A DNA stretch of 63,977 bases, filler included. It is 6 parts of 6 records of this genome, joined end to end, with 100 filler letters (N's around TTAATTAATTAA, not from the genome) between each part and the next. Parts side by side here need not be neighbours in the genome. Positions count along the whole stretch, not along the records: positions 29,032 to 50,740 come from SRR31156797_8573; positions 50,841 to 58,212 come from SRR31156797_8584; 4 more parts are not named here. The stretch is one strand, 5' to 3'. The position numbers and the translations under genes were made by a program. The notes under the pieces were generated by a model. That model did no database searches. It worked only from the letters and a program-made list of their open reading frames with translations, and was not told the DNA's origin. Positions 49,077 through 58,312 of the stretch are shown piece after piece. Each line of letters starts with the position of its first letter. Position 1 is the first letter of the stretch.

Positions 49077-50210
49077 ATGAAGCCGAAAGTATGGATTGAA
49101 AAGTCCGGGGTGTCCAGGGGGTCACCCTGGCGGGTCCGATGGGTGGACACCAGGGGCCGGCGGTCTCGGATGGCGAAGACGAAAACCGAGGCGGAACAGA
49201 TCAAGGTCCAGGTGTATCGAAGCCTGCAGGCCGGCCAGTATGGCCAGCCGACCGATGGACCCTGGAACGATTTCGTGAGAGACGATTTAAAGGCCGCTGA
49301 GACCTCCATGTCCAAGGGCGGGCGGAAACGCCTGGAGACCTCGTTCAAAGCGGTGACGCGGATTCTCAAGCCCAGGCGGCTCTCTGAGGTGGCGACGTTC
49401 GGCGCGCTCGAGCGGTTCGTGGAAAAACGGTTCCAGGAACCGGGCAAGCGAGGCAAGAACATTCAGCCGGAAACGGTGGTGGCCGATCTGCAGTATCTCC
49501 GCGGGGCGTTGAATCGTGCCAGGCGGCGGCAGTTGATCGGCCAGGTCCCGGAGATGCCGAAGATTTCCACCTGGGAAAAAGTGCCGCAGATTCTTTCGTC
49601 CACGCGGATCAGCCGGTTGATGAACGCGGCGACGCATGATCGGGAGCGTGCCCTGGTGTGGCTCTTATTGACCACCGGCCGGCGACTCCAGGATATTCTC
49701 CATCTGCAGTGGCAATGGGTGGACCTGGAGGGTGGGTTGATCCGCATCGTCCAGGACGAGGAGTACCAGACCAAGGGCCGGCGGAACGACTACGCCCACC
49801 TGGATCCGTACGGAAAAGAATTGTTGGAGCTGTTGAACGAAAACACCCGAAAGAAAGTAGTCGGCGGGAAAGCCGTCCCTTGCTGTCCCTGGGTGTTCAC
49901 GACCCTGGACGGAAAGCGGCGGTGGACCAACAACGTGAGGCGGACCTGGCACAAGCTCTGCAAGGCGGCGGAGTTTCCCGAACCCTACCCCCGGATCCAC
50001 GATTGCAAACATACGTTTGTCAGTGGTCTGGTGGCGGCCGGGATCCAGCAGTCGATCATCACGGCGGTGGCCGCGCACCGCAGCTCGGCGACAACGCAGA
50101 AGTATTATTCGTGGGTCGTGGACGATTCACGGCGACAGGCCGTCCAGGCGTTGCCCTGGGTGATGAATGACCAATCAGAGGAACAGAGCCGAAAGGCAGA
50201 AGGAGCGTAG
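49077..50210 (+). CDS. int: Tyrosine recombinase/integrase
   Basis: N-terminal arm-binding WRVRW; LLTTGRR (R), TKG (K), HDCKH (HxxK), AHRS (H), TQKYY (Y). Confidence 0.88.
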   Translation: MKPKVWIEKSGVSRGSPWRVRWVDTRGRRSRMAKTKTEAEQIKVQVYRSLQAGQYGQPTDGPWNDFVRDDLKAAETSMSKGGRKRLETSFKAVTRILKPRRLSEVATFGALERFVEKRFQEPGKRGKNIQPETVVADLQYLRGALNRARRRQLIGQVPEMPKISTWEKVPQILSSTRISRLMNAATHDRERALVWLLLTTGRRLQDILHLQWQWVDLEGGLIRIVQDEEYQTKGRRNDYAHLDPYGKELLELLNENTRKKVVGGKAVPCCPWVFTTLDGKRRWTNNVRRTWHKLCKAAEFPEPYPRIHDCKHTFVSGLVAAGIQQSIITAVAAHRSSATTQKYYSWVVDDSRRQAVQALPWVMNDQSEEQSRKAEGA

Positions 50211-50213
50211 AAC

Positions 50214-50579
50214 ATGAGTCGGAACTGGACAGAATTGTTGAATTGGGTCAAAGAGGGCGACGAGGACGTGAATGCGTTTTTTCAGAACTTCCCGATACCG
50301 CCGTCTCCTGCGGACACATGGTCTTATCGCGATGGTGTCGTGACACTAACAGTAAACAACACCACCGAAACGGCTCTGATCGATTACCTGGAGCAACACA
50401 TGGTGTTGTTCAAGTCCACACCCACTGTACAACCGGTTGCCGCTTTGGATCATTGGAAAGATCCTCGAAACCAAAAGGACCGGGTTGGAGGCTATCCAGG
50501 CATGAACTCGTGCCCCACGGGTTGGATTGTCACGCTACAGAGTGACAAGTTTCCCCCACCACCAGAAGGTGCGATATGA
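50214..50579 (+). CDS. Hypothetical protein between int and att
   Basis: AAGGAG RBS; 121 aa. Confidence 0.6.
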   Translation: MSRNWTELLNWVKEGDEDVNAFFQNFPIPPSPADTWSYRDGVVTLTVNNTTETALIDYLEQHMVLFKSTPTVQPVAALDHWKDPRNQKDRVGGYPGMNSCPTGWIVTLQSDKFPPPPEGAI

Positions 50580-50593
50580 CCTGTTCGGGTGTC

Positions 50594-50615
50594 ACTCCCT
50601 ACACGACTCCCTACA
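50594..50615. repeat. Tandem 10-bp direct repeat, candidate integrase arm-type sites
   Basis: ACTCCCTACA at 50594-50603 and 50606-50615, about 80 bp from the tRNA end. Confidence 0.6.
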
Positions 50616-50695
50616 TGGGATTTTGTGTCGGTAAAACGAAAGAACCCGAATGCATGGACCGTGGTAAGTACAATGCATCCGGGCAATTACAACAG

Positions 50696-50740
50696 TGGAG
50701 ATGAGGGAACTCGAATCCCTGACCTTCGCATTGCGAACGC
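50696..50740 (-). tRNA. 3' half of tRNA-Ala(CGC), probable att core at the contig end
   Basis: Minus strand GCG-TTCGCAA-TGCGA-AGGTC-AGGGA-TTCGAGT-TCCCT-CATCTCC-A: CGC anticodon, T arm, U70, discriminator A; CCA not encoded. Confidence 0.85.
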
Positions 50741-50840
50741 NNNNNNNNNNNNNNNNNNNNNNNNNNNNNNNNNNNNNNNNNNNNTTAATTAATTAANNNN
50801 NNNNNNNNNNNNNNNNNNNNNNNNNNNNNNNNNNNNNNNN
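50741..50840. other. Artificial contig spacer
   Basis: N run with TTAATTAATTAA. Confidence 0.99.
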
Positions 50841-51471
50841 CCAGGGCATTGTAAGGATGAGGCTCTGGGGAAGTGAGATCTTCTACGGCCATCTTTTAAG
50901 CGGGGTTTCCGGTGCGATTCCTAGTTATCTTTCCTCCCCCACCGGGGGCAGCGGCACCTCGCCCGCCGTAGGCTTGGGGGCGGGCCATAAAAAAATAGAA
51001 AAGAACGAGCCGGTGCTGCTTGATTACGTGTTCGCCCTGGACGGTTATCTCTCAGACCACTCCAGGATCTTCTCAATCGGCCCGCTTCCGGATGAGCTTC
51101 TCAAAGCCCACGACGACATGCTTGAGCTCCAGGCGCTTGCCAAGAGAGAGGGGGTCCCCGGCGCCCTGTCGGGGGATCTTTACGAAATCATGGCGGCGGC
51201 GGCCACAGAGTGGGGCTATGCCGACAATTTCATGGGGGTAGGGGATCGCAGGGCAGGGTTCACCGGCCATGGTCTTGGTCTTGAGCTTGACGAGTACCCC
51301 TTTGTCGCCAAGGGGAACTCGCTCCCCCTCGAGGCGGGCATGGTCATTGCCATGGAGCCCAAGGTGGTCCTGCCCGGCAAGGGGGTGGTGGGCGTTGAGA
51401 ACACCGTGGTCGTCACTGAAGCCGGCCTGGAATCCCTCACCACGATCACGGAGGACGTGGTTGTGGTGTAG
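50841..51471 (+). CDS. M24-family Xaa-Pro peptidase (5' truncated)
   Basis: GYLSDHSR, GHGLGLELDEYP, AMEPK, GVENT. Confidence 0.88.
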
Positions 51472-51561
51472 AAATTCATTTTGGAATAACTTTTTCCCCG
51501 TATCCTTAATAGCTTTCACCATGCCTGGCGCCCACATGGTCAACGGGGAAAGGTTATTTAT

Positions 51562-51981
51562 CTAATTTTCAGGTATCAGATAACCTCCAAAACAGTAGCC
51601 ATCGGCAATACCGTCACCTTCCACATCCACCAGATACCAATCTCCGACCACTTTCAGGACCTGCACCACCTGGTTCAAGGGCAGCGCTTCCACGATATCG
51701 AACTCCTGGCTTGCGCCTTCACGGAGCCGGAGACCCCGCCATGCGACCACGCGGTATCGCTTCCCGCCACCACCGCTTACGGATTGGGGGGCCGGCTTTT
51801 CTTCCGCATCCTCCGGGCCGGGGACGATGGGTGGGCGTTGAGGCCGGTCATGGGGTAGCGGACTCCGGAAGCCTTCAAACAAACGGAAGGGCAGGTTTTC
51901 TTCCGTAAGTATTTGGGTTAATTGGGTGTACTTCCCACGAAAGGTTGGATGAAGATGCTCAAGCACTCTATCTCTTGCCAT
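51562..51981 (-). CDS. SH3b-domain protein with remnant M15 peptidase N-terminus
   Basis: LEHLHPTFR..FRLFEGFRSP, Pro-rich linker, then GLRLREGASQEFDIV..WYLVD..GY. Confidence 0.6.
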   Translation of the reverse strand: MARDRVLEHLHPTFRGKYTQLTQILTEENLPFRLFEGFRSPLPHDRPQRPPIVPGPEDAEEKPAPQSVSGGGGKRYRVVAWRGLRLREGASQEFDIVEALPLNQVVQVLKVVGDWYLVDVEGDGIADGYCFGGYLIPEN

Positions 51982-52197
51982 GGTGAAACCTCCTTATTGT
52001 TATGGGAGCATAAGGCCTGAATTAACTGAATAATGGCGAAGAAAGTTTGGTTGTTATAGAAATATATGGTTTCGCAACCTTGCTTTTTTTAGAATCCGAA
52101 TTACATTGTTGCTGTTATGAAGGGGAATGAACTTCCCTATATCATACAGATAAACAACGTAAAAAAAATCCTTAATTGTATTAAGGAGGTTCATATT

Positions 52198-52509
52198 ATG
52201 GAAAAATCAAAACATATGAAACGAAGAGTGGCGGCAGAGCTATGCTCCTGCGTGGATGATGAAAAATCCTCCCTTCACCTTGAATTTACCATGCCCGGTG
52301 TGAACAAAGAAGATATTGAGCTTAAATTGACCGACGGCAGTTTCAGGCTGCGGGCTGAAAGAGGCGATGTTGAATATGTTTCCACAGGCGCCTTTTGCTG
52401 CCCGGTTGAAATCGAGCATACCGAAGCCAGCTATAAAAACGGTCTCCTTCTTCTCAATATTCCTTTGAAGGACCCATGGAAAGATTCATACGATGTAGCC
52501 ATCCATTAG
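52198..52509 (+). CDS. Small heat-shock protein (Hsp20)
   Basis: MPGVNKEDIEL, ASYKNGLLLLNIP; AAGGAGG RBS. Confidence 0.85.
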   Translation: MEKSKHMKRRVAAELCSCVDDEKSSLHLEFTMPGVNKEDIELKLTDGSFRLRAERGDVEYVSTGAFCCPVEIEHTEASYKNGLLLLNIPLKDPWKDSYDVAIH

Positions 52510-52774
52510 ATCTGTGGGGGACGGTACACCGTTTAAAGTGTCCGTAAGGGAATTCACCGTAATGGGAAAACAAGCCAAAATCACCGGTTAGCATAGGGTG
52601 GTTTTGGCTTGATACATTTTCCCGTCCCCCCTTGTCTGGAAACCGCCTGTTAAACTGGGAAAAAATATTCTTTAGTTTTAAATGGGATTGATATACTATG
52701 AGCATCTCGATTAATTGCTCGGAAATTGGATAAACGAGTCCCGTAGTAGAACGCGAAAGCATGTAAAGGGTGAT

Positions 52775-53866
52775 ATGGAGAGGGATAAACAGAATTTGAC
52801 CAAAACAGAAGTGGCGTCTTTGAAATCCAGGTGGCATGAAAAAGATCCGGATGGAGAGGGAACCGCTTTGATCCATATGATTCAACGGTTGAGAACCGAA
52901 TGCAAAAAATACAATTCCAAACGGCCGCTAGGGCTGGATTTAAGGGGAATCCCCCTCCTGAATCAAGACCTTTCCGATCTGGATCTGTCCGGCTATGATT
53001 TTTCCTATGCCAACCTCAGCCGGACCAACTTAACGGGAACGGTTTTGAGTTATTCAAAATTTCACCGGGCCAGCCTTGAACAGGCGGTGCTGGATGAATG
53101 TGAATTCATCGGGTCGGATTTAACCGACGCCAGCCTGAATGAGTGCAGTGGCAAAAGATGCGGGTTTGGCGGAGCGGATCTGTCGTTTGCAAGCATGATC
53201 AATGCGGATTTAAGTGACGCCACCCTGAGCCGCTCGAAATTGGTCAATTCAGACTTGAGGGCTTCCAATCTAACCCGGGCAAGGCTTTCAGAGGCGGATC
53301 TCTCCTGGGCCATCTTTACCCGGGCCAACCTTTCTGAAAGCGACTTAAAAAAAAGCGACGTCAACAGTACCAATTTCGAACTGGCGGATCTCCAAGGCTC
53401 CCGGCTGCTGGGAATCAAGAATTTTAAAAGCGCCCGTTGGGTTGGGGCCGATATCAGGGGGCTGGACCTGAGGGGGGCGTACCTGGTCCGGCGGTACATC
53501 GCAGACGAGAACTATCTTTTTGAATTCCAGTCGATCTCCCGGCTGCACAGGGCCCTCTATCTGCTCTGGTGGGCCTCTTCCGATTGTGGGAGAAGTCTGT
53601 TAAGGTGGTTTGTGTGGCTCTTTTGTGCCACATTGATCTTTGCGGCCATCTATACCCAGGTGGAGATCGATTATGGTGACCATGTGACGGCTTTTTCACC
53701 CATATATTTCAGTTTTGTGACATTGACAACCCTGGGCTACGGGGATGCCGTTCCCTCATCTTTGCCTGCACAGATTTTTGTGTCTTTGCAGGCCATTACG
53801 GGCTATATGGGGCTGGGGGGACTGTTGAGTATCTTAGGCAATAAAATGGCCCGGCGGGCAGAATAA
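52775..53866 (+). CDS. Pentapeptide-repeat protein fused to a 2TM K+-channel pore
   Basis: A(D/N)LxxA repeats; YFSFVTLTTLGYGD filter flanked by TM helices. Confidence 0.85.
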   Translation: MERDKQNLTKTEVASLKSRWHEKDPDGEGTALIHMIQRLRTECKKYNSKRPLGLDLRGIPLLNQDLSDLDLSGYDFSYANLSRTNLTGTVLSYSKFHRASLEQAVLDECEFIGSDLTDASLNECSGKRCGFGGADLSFASMINADLSDATLSRSKLVNSDLRASNLTRARLSEADLSWAIFTRANLSESDLKKSDVNSTNFELADLQGSRLLGIKNFKSARWVGADIRGLDLRGAYLVRRYIADENYLFEFQSISRLHRALYLLWWASSDCGRSLLRWFVWLFCATLIFAAIYTQVEIDYGDHVTAFSPIYFSFVTLTTLGYGDAVPSSLPAQIFVSLQAITGYMGLGGLLSILGNKMARRAE

Positions 53867-53883
53867 ATCAAACCAGGTGGTAT

Positions 53884-54735
53884 ATGTTTTCATTTTTTAA
53901 AAACAAGGTTGATCCAAAAGCAAAATTAAAGAAGACCCTGAAGGGATATGAGCTTCCCTCGTTTCCCGCGGTGATCATGCAGATCCTGCAGAAAATGAGG
54001 AGCCCCTATGCGTCGGCGGCCAACATTGCCCAGTCGCTCTCCCTTGATCCCGGACTTTCCGTGCGTCTCCTGGGGCTTGCCAACTCCGCTGCGTTTTCAC
54101 CCCAGAATAAGGTTGAGAATTTGACCCAGGCCATTGCCCTGGTGGGCTTGTCCCAACTGGAATCCCTGGTACTGGGGGTCGGGGTGGCCAAGGGGATTCC
54201 CAAAAAGATGTGTCAATGGCATGATCCGGCAACGTTCTGGCTGACATCGGCCCGGCGGGCAATGCTGGCCCAGGAGCTTGCGCAGATCCTGTGTCCGGCA
54301 AAGGAATCCGAATGCTTTACCGCCGCTTTTCTTCAGGATATGGCCCTACCGTTCCTGGCCTGCCACAGGGGAGACGATTATGAGCCGATTTTTAAGAAAT
54401 GGCATCTTGAAGGCGGGGATCTTGCCCAATTGGAGCGTGAGGCCCTGGAATGGGATCACGCCGAGGTGGCCACCTGGATCTGCAGTGAATGGGGACTTCC
54501 TGAAAACATAGCCCTTGCCATTAAAAATCATCACAACATTTCCGCCGGTGATGATCTTGAGGCCCCGGGGCCCGTGATGCTGGTTTCCATTTTAAGGGAG
54601 GATGATACCAACGACGGGGTGGAGGACCTGATCGCCAAGGCCGGGGAACTTTACAATATCTCTCCGGAAAAGATGCAATCCATCATCGAGCCCAGTTTTG
54701 AAAAGGCCAAAGAGCTTGCCCGGATGATCGTTTGA
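53884..54735 (+). CDS. HDOD-domain protein
   Basis: LPSFP, DPGLSVRLLGLANSA, AFLQDM, DHAEVA..WGLP..NHH. Confidence 0.88.
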   Translation: MFSFFKNKVDPKAKLKKTLKGYELPSFPAVIMQILQKMRSPYASAANIAQSLSLDPGLSVRLLGLANSAAFSPQNKVENLTQAIALVGLSQLESLVLGVGVAKGIPKKMCQWHDPATFWLTSARRAMLAQELAQILCPAKESECFTAAFLQDMALPFLACHRGDDYEPIFKKWHLEGGDLAQLEREALEWDHAEVATWICSEWGLPENIALAIKNHHNISAGDDLEAPGPVMLVSILREDDTNDGVEDLIAKAGELYNISPEKMQSIIEPSFEKAKELARMIV

Positions 54736-54773
54736 TCTTTACTTGTCTGAACCGCAAAAGAATCAACAGATGG

Positions 54774-54800
54774 AAGCACCGGGATCACCGGTGCTTTTTT
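54774..54800 (+). terminator. Intrinsic terminator
   Basis: AAGCACCGG-GATCA-CCGGTGCTT-TTTT. Confidence 0.8.
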
Positions 54801-54832
54801 AATTATGTTTTAAGGATTACAGGAATCTATTC

Positions 54833-55369
54833 GTGGCATTAAAACCAACTATTTATAAGTTAAAAATCACCCTGTCCGATATCGACCGGGATTATTATGA
54901 TACGCTCAATTTAACGGTTGCTCAACACCCTTCGGAAACACTGGAGCGAATGATGGCCCGGGTTTTGGCTTTTTGCATCAATGCCCGGGAACATCTGTCT
55001 TTTACCAAAGGACTGTGTGCCGTGGAAGAACCCGATATATGGGCGCGCACCTTGGATGATCGAATATCATTATGGATCGATGTGGGGGAGCCCAGCCTGG
55101 AGAGAATAAAAAAGGCGACACGGCTTTCCCCGGCGGTCAAGGTGTATACCTTTAATTCAAAATCCGATGCGTGGTGGGCCCAGGGGCGCGCAAAGATCAG
55201 TGAGCTGACAGCTTCCGTGTATCAGTTTCCGTGGGGAAGCATACAGGCATTGGCAGCCCTGGTGAACCGTACCATGGATATGTCCGTCACCATTTCAGAC
55301 CATACGGCCTATATCTCCGCAGGAGCCGGGGAATGTGAGGTGTCCTGGGGGGCATTGCAATCCACATAA
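54833..55369 (+). CDS. yaeQ: YaeQ-family protein
   Basis: MALKPTIYK..SDIDRDYY..AQHPSETLERMMARVLAF..EPDIW..WIDVGEP. Confidence 0.92.
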   Translation: MALKPTIYKLKITLSDIDRDYYDTLNLTVAQHPSETLERMMARVLAFCINAREHLSFTKGLCAVEEPDIWARTLDDRISLWIDVGEPSLERIKKATRLSPAVKVYTFNSKSDAWWAQGRAKISELTASVYQFPWGSIQALAALVNRTMDMSVTISDHTAYISAGAGECEVSWGALQST

Positions 55370-55386
55370 GTTTTCGGAGGAGAACC

Positions 55387-56031
55387 ATGCGAATATGTCG
55401 AAACCTTTTGAGTCTTCTTATCTGCCTGTCTGTACTTGTACCTGCTGTCTGCTCCCACGCTGAAGAAGAAATCGAAGATCTGATCGATATCTTTGAATCC
55501 AAAGGCAGAATTGTCGCTGTCATGGAGGGGAGAAAAACCGTATACTTTGATCTTCGGCTAAATGAAAAGGTGGTGTGGCGGGGCGCAAGGGGCGATCTGG
55601 GGGCATTTCTGACAAATAAACGGTTCTTTGTCATCTCCACTTTGTCAGATCGCTGGCATGCATTGTCTTTGAGAGTGACGGAATCGGAGAATGCCACCGC
55701 GTTTTTATCCCCGCATATCGCCTTGCTGGTAACCGACGGCCGGGCCATCGGGTTTGATGCCGTCTCCAGGCGATTTGTCGAGACGCAACTGCCCATTCAT
55801 GATGAACTGGTTACCGCTGAAGCAGGAAAAGATGTGGCCGTGGTGATAACCTCGGGCCGGGCATTTGGTCTGGCAACCGGGAAATCGGCCTTTTCCGAAA
55901 TGGACCTCCGGATTCGGGAAACCATAGATGAGCTGAAAATAACATCCAGCAAGGCGGTGGTGCGCACCTCTGAGCGCTTTCTGATCTTTAACGTCAAGGA
56001 TGCCGCATGGAAAGAACGAACACTTTACTGA
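55387..56031 (+). CDS. Secreted hypothetical protein with internal beta repeats
   Basis: Signal peptide; repeated xxVTxxRAxGF-like units. Confidence 0.7.
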   Translation: MRICRNLLSLLICLSVLVPAVCSHAEEEIEDLIDIFESKGRIVAVMEGRKTVYFDLRLNEKVVWRGARGDLGAFLTNKRFFVISTLSDRWHALSLRVTESENATAFLSPHIALLVTDGRAIGFDAVSRRFVETQLPIHDELVTAEAGKDVAVVITSGRAFGLATGKSAFSEMDLRIRETIDELKITSSKAVVRTSERFLIFNVKDAAWKERTLY

Positions 56032-56097
56032 TTTCCCAATGGCCCATGGAAAAATCGGTATCGAATTAAAAAATGATAATTGAAGGAAAATAGAACA

Positions 56098-56307
56098 ATG
56101 AGTGAAGACCGTCTGATTGAAATTGAAACTAAAATCGCATACCAGGAAAAGACCATCAAAGACCTGAATGATGTGATTTGCGAACAGCAGGAGGAGATCG
56201 AACGCCTCAGCGCCCTGTGCGACACCCTGGTTAAACGGATCGGGGAACTCTCGGAGGCCGTCATGGGAATCGATGCTCCGGCAAACGAAAAACCGCCCCA
56301 CTATTAA
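56098..56307 (+). CDS. slyX: SlyX-family protein
   Basis: RLIEIETKIAYQE..LNDVI..EKPPHY. Confidence 0.92.
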   Translation: MSEDRLIEIETKIAYQEKTIKDLNDVICEQQEEIERLSALCDTLVKRIGELSEAVMGIDAPANEKPPHY

Positions 56308-56348
56308 CAGCCGCACCACGCGCGTAAGAGGCACAAAGGAATATTTAA

Positions 56349-56546
56349 ATGAGTGAAGGAACCAGAAGAGCCGACATCAGCCCCGGCTTGAATGTCTCCA
56401 TTGTATTGAAGCAGGACCAGAGAACCGGAAAGCTCACCCAGGGCATTGTCCGGGATATCCTCACAAAATCCGCCACCCATCCCCACGGGATCAAGGTGCG
56501 TCTTGAAAGCGGCCTTGTTGGGAGGGTCAAAACCATTCACGGTTAA
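56349..56546 (+). CDS. YwbE/DUF2196-family protein
   Basis: VLKQDQRTGKLTQGIVRDILTKSATHPHGIKVRLESGLVGRV. Confidence 0.9.
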   Translation: MSEGTRRADISPGLNVSIVLKQDQRTGKLTQGIVRDILTKSATHPHGIKVRLESGLVGRVKTIHG

Positions 56547-56552
56547 GGGGCT

Positions 56553-56588
56553 CGGGGCTGGTAACAGCCCCGGGCTGTCCGTTTTTTT
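56553..56588 (+). terminator. Probable intrinsic terminator
   Basis: CGGGGCTG-GTAA-CAGCCCCG followed by a T tract. Confidence 0.5.
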
Positions 56589-56915
56589 GTAACACTGAAA
56601 AATTGGGATAAGCCATGACGAAGAAAATGACGTTTTGGGCTGTGATTGTATGGCATATAAGGACAAAATCCCGCCTGTACGGCCTTTCGGTTGGTTTAAA
56701 TCTCAGTCTTAGCAAGAAAAATCAATTCGTCTCCCTTGAGATGGGGGCCGTTTCCATATTTCGACAGATTATGTCAGATGACGATTTGTTCTTTTTGATC
56801 GTTATCTCATCCAGGCTGGAAGCATAGATTTCAATTGCCTTTTGAGCAATAGACTGATAATTTTCCCTTGTTTTGTTACGATACACAGGAGCCTTTTTTT
56901 TGAAGAAATGGGAGA

Positions 56916-58212
56916 GTGTTCATGAACAACAAGGAAAACAGATTAAAGTTCGGTATTTCGTTTAAAACGTCCCTTCTTTGCGGAATCATTGTCTTATCGC
57001 TTTTAACCATCAGCAGTTTTATCTCGGTAAAACTTCAGTCCGGTCTTTCCCGGAAAATGATAACCGCCTTTGAGCAGAATGAAAAAAAATCCCTGGAAGA
57101 AGAATCGAAAAAGCTGGAAGCCGTCCTTGTGGCCAATTCAAAAATCAATCTGAAGATCTGCAGCGGGGTTGCCCAGTCCTATCTTTATAACTTTTCCCAG
57201 GATACCATCGGGAAAATGCTTGAGACTTTCGGCCAGATAGAGGGAATTCTTGCCATTAAGGTGCTTGATGTGGACGGCGGTGATTTCGGTGCATTATGGA
57301 AAACCCCTGCGGTTCAAACCGGGGAAAAAATTCCTGATGACTTTGCTGTTGATGAACAGCTCTCCGTTGTCGCCGATGCTATCCATGGGGATGAAAAGGT
57401 GGGGACGGTAAGGCTTTACTATACAAAAAAGTTCGTCAACCAGGCGATGGAGAAGCATAAACAAGCCACCCTGGCCGGAATAGATAATTTCAACCTCATC
57501 GCGGATAAAAACATCAGGGAATCGGTGACCATACAGGTCATTGTAACGGCTGTGATTATCATTACCCTCATGATTACGATTGTTGTCTGTCTCAGGATGA
57601 TTGTCGGCGCTCCCATTAAAAACACCGTAAATATGATAGAGGATATTGCCCAGGGCGAGGGGGACCTTACCGGACGGCTCGCCATCAGGAACGATGATGA
57701 GCTCGGAGAGCTATCATTGTGGTTTAACAGATTCATTGAAAAGATCCAGGGGCTGATCAAGGAGGTGGCAGAAAATGCCATAACGGTTGATACCTCTTCA
57801 AGTGAGTTGTCTGATATCTCGGGCGTGATGTCCCAAGGGATTGATCATCTGTCCAATAAATCCAATACGGTCGCTGCGGCCGCAGAACAGATGAGTGCGA
57901 ATATGAACTCCGTTGCAGCGGCAAGTGAACAGGCCGCCACCAATATCGATACGGTTGCAGCGAGTATTGACGAGATGACAATGACCATTGACGAAATTTT
58001 CAAAAGCTCTGAAGAGGCCAGTTCAATTACAAGTGAAGCCGTGGCCCAGGCCCGGGATGCGGTAACAAAGGTGGATGAACTTGGTAAGGCTGCAAGGGAT
58101 ATATCAAAGGTTACGGAAGTCATCAATGAGATATCGGGACAGACCAATCTGCTTGCCCTGAATGCAACCATAGAGGCTGCAAGGGCCGGGGAAGCCGGAA
58201 AGGGATTTGCCG
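56916..58212 (+). CDS. Methyl-accepting chemotaxis protein (3' truncated)
   Basis: Two TMs, HAMP GEGDLT..DELG, signalling [24 protein letters not shown]. Confidence 0.95.
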
Positions 58213-58312
58213 NNNNNNNNNNNNNNNNNNNNNNNNNNNNNNNNNNNNNNNNNNNNTTAATTAATTAANNNNNNNNNNNNNNNNNNNNNNNNNNNNNNNN
58301 NNNNNNNNNNNN
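58213..58312. other. Artificial contig spacer
   Basis: N run with TTAATTAATTAA. Confidence 0.99.

Larger units (their letters stand above)
29032..50740. mobile_element. Temperate HK97-type siphovirus or prophage (left end truncated)
   Basis: HNH-terminase-portal-protease-capsid-tail genes, XRE repressor, replication initiator, xis, tyrosine integrase, tRNA att end. Confidence 0.95.

Noticed and set aside
29032-50740. Gene transfer agent or diversity-generating retroelement
   Set aside because: Integrase, repressor, replication gene and att indicate a true temperate phage; no reverse transcriptase or TR/VR pair seen
50589-50792. 67-aa ORF at the phage right end
   Set aside because: Overlaps the arm repeats, the antisense tRNA fragment and the spacer
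56590-56915. Possible c-di-GMP riboswitch upstream of the MCP gene
   Set aside because: No GEMM-type two-hairpin consensus recognised
15925-58312. Repeated TTAATTAATTAA motifs in N runs, and ORFs or gene linkage extending across them
   Set aside because: Artificial all-frame-stop spacers; the contigs differ in GC and apparent taxonomy
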